From Promethearchaeia archaeon (lineage in GTDB: Archaea; Asgardarchaeota; Lokiarchaeia; Sigyniarchaeales; SOKP01): a stretch of DNA of 15,028 bases. The notes under the pieces were generated by a model, which saw only the letters and a program-made list of their open reading frames with translations, had not been told where the DNA came from and ran no database searches. The stretch covers positions 1 through 15,028 of the forward strand of contig JAWOCD010000026.1 in the NCBI GenBank assembly GCA_046483985.1. The letters are read 5' to 3'. Both the position numbers and the translations under genes were made by a program. This document shows, in pieces, positions 14,332 through 15,028 of this stretch; the first letter of the stretch is position 1, and each line of letters opens with the position of its first letter.

Positions 14332-14463
14332 ATGGAAAAATCAGAGCAAATTGTTAACTCATTAATATTCATGAAAAAATACAACGATCAGATCTATGAT
14401 GAAACAATCAAAAATAAAATTAACGAGGGAAATATTAGAATTAAAAATAAAATCAATAAATAG
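14332..14463 (+). CDS. 43-aa hypothetical ORF (MEKSEQIVNSLIFMKKYNDQ...)
   Basis: Hand-translated. AAGTGAAAAAAATG junction like neighbouring genes, but very A-rich and possibly spurious. Confidence 0.45.
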   Translation: MEKSEQIVNSLIFMKKYNDQIYDETIKNKINEGNIRIKNKINK

Positions 14464-14472
14464 GTTTAAAAA

Positions 14473-14640
14473 ATGAAAAATATTTGGTTTTTTATCTTCA
14501 TTATTTACATTGTAATTATTATTATCCGATGTATATATGTATATTATACCGGAACCCGAGAAAGGTATGAAGCAAAAAAAGAAGCGATTGCGATCGGTAA
14601 AGCAAAAACTCTGAAATTAGTGAAAGATAAAACTGAGTAA
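14473..14640 (+). CDS. 55-aa single-pass membrane protein (MKNIWFFIFIIYIVIIIIRCIYVYYTGTRERYEAKKEAIAIGKAKTLKLVKDKTE)
   Basis: Hand-translated. N-terminal hydrophobic helix, charged tail, followed by a long T tract. Confidence 0.6.
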   Translation: MKNIWFFIFIIYIVIIIIRCIYVYYTGTRERYEAKKEAIAIGKAKTLKLVKDKTE

Positions 14641-14666
14641 AGATAATTAAAATTGTAAATATAATG

Positions 14667-14690
14667 TTTTTCTTTTTTTTTCTTTTTTTT
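14667..14690 (+). terminator. Oligo-T archaeal-type terminator
   Basis: TTTTTCTTTTTTTTTCTTTTTTTT about 26 nt after the last + strand stop, followed by about 300 nt of non-coding sequence. Confidence 0.6.
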
Positions 14691-14930
14691 ACCTGAATAG
14701 TTGTTCCCCCCATAAGTTTCGAAAGTTATTAAATACTCATCGCATCAGAAAAGGCATAAAATCTGAGACCCGCAAATTGCTGCTAAATCACAAAATAAAA
14801 TCAACAGAATTTAATCACTATAATTTAGACACAAATCAGTTTAAAAAAATACAAAAATTATACGATAAAACATTTCCGTACCCGGAGTTTATTCCAAACC
14901 CTCAATATTTACAAGATTATTAATTTTAAT

Positions 14931-14990
14931 AAATTTAAAATTTAAAACCCTTTTTGTGTTTAATTGCCATACTATTGTATTACAATTGTA
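14931..14990 (+). promoter_or_regulatory. Putative archaeal promoter (TTTAAAA boxes) with overlapping palindromic operator
   Basis: AAATTTAAAATTTAAAACCC at 14931-14950, ATTGTA-T-TACAAT at 14974-14986 and TACAATTGTA at 14981-14990, then ATG at 15009 running off the window. Confidence 0.45.
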
Positions 14991-15028
14991 GGATAGGTTA
15001 TAAAAAAGATGAGAAAAAAAACAAGACA

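Larger units (their letters stand above)
1..15028 (+). mobile_element. Segment of an archaeal virus/provirus or related MGE (probable Asgard/Lokiarchaeia host), early/accessory gene region
   Basis: All credible genes are co-oriented with overlapping stop/start codons. Many are <150-aa Cys-rich ORFans. The gene set (DEDDh exonuclease, radical SAM, ASCH, DNA MTase, RHH) is phage-typical and there are no housekeeping genes. No hallmark structural or integrase gene lies in the window, so the element type is inferred. Confidence 0.7.

Noticed and set aside
1575-14713. All minus-strand ORFs in the track (e.g. 1575-1826, 3436-3690, 3942-4301, 10959-11267, 13970-14290, 14522-14713)
   Set aside because: They lie antisense to well-supported + strand genes, have no recognisable motifs, and show the Phe/Leu/Ile/Ser bias expected from the reverse of A-rich coding DNA.
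14691-14930. tRNA, att site or iteron-containing origin in the AT-rich terminal gap
   Set aside because: No cloverleaf, tandem iterons or long inverted repeat is visible. An origin cannot be excluded but is unsupported.
1-15028. Alternative genetic code / stop-codon reassignment, or a diversity-generating retroelement
   Set aside because: TAA, TAG and TGA all terminate genes right at SD-coupled next starts, known domains are uninterrupted, and no reverse transcriptase or TR/VR pair with A-specific mismatches was seen.

Overview
An AT-rich window of about 30 tightly packed, translationally coupled genes, all on the + strand. Most are small, Cys-rich hypothetical genes, the layout of an early/accessory region of an archaeal virus, provirus or other mobile element. 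No capsid, terminase or integrase is visible. Archaeal-type SD motifs (GGAGG/GAGGTGA/GGAAGTGA), two 'YPSRSE' ribbon-helix-helix proteins and an 'FWGHCSNLQAW' domain recalled from Lokiarchaeia proteins point to an Asgard (Loki-like) host; this rests on recall, not a search. Recognisable genes are a DEDDh exonuclease, a DUF5131-like radical SAM protein, an ASCH protein, a DUF6884-like protein, a beta-class N4/N6 DNA methyltransferase and a large coiled-coil/winged-HTH protein whose frame opens 135 codons upstream of its first ATG. Three signals stand out. (1) A three-copy intergenic element at 13240, 13652 and 14242 folds as an H-type pseudoknot with compensatory base changes in both stems and a U-tract in loop 3. 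(2) A 5.6-kb putative DNA-modification module, bracketed by a 33-nt direct repeat, has five proteins with PCNA-interacting (PIP-box-like) motifs, and two upstream proteins carry PCNA-like 'IAPR' motifs. (3) Block-specific repeated gene-junction sequences suggest cassette-like gene shuffling.
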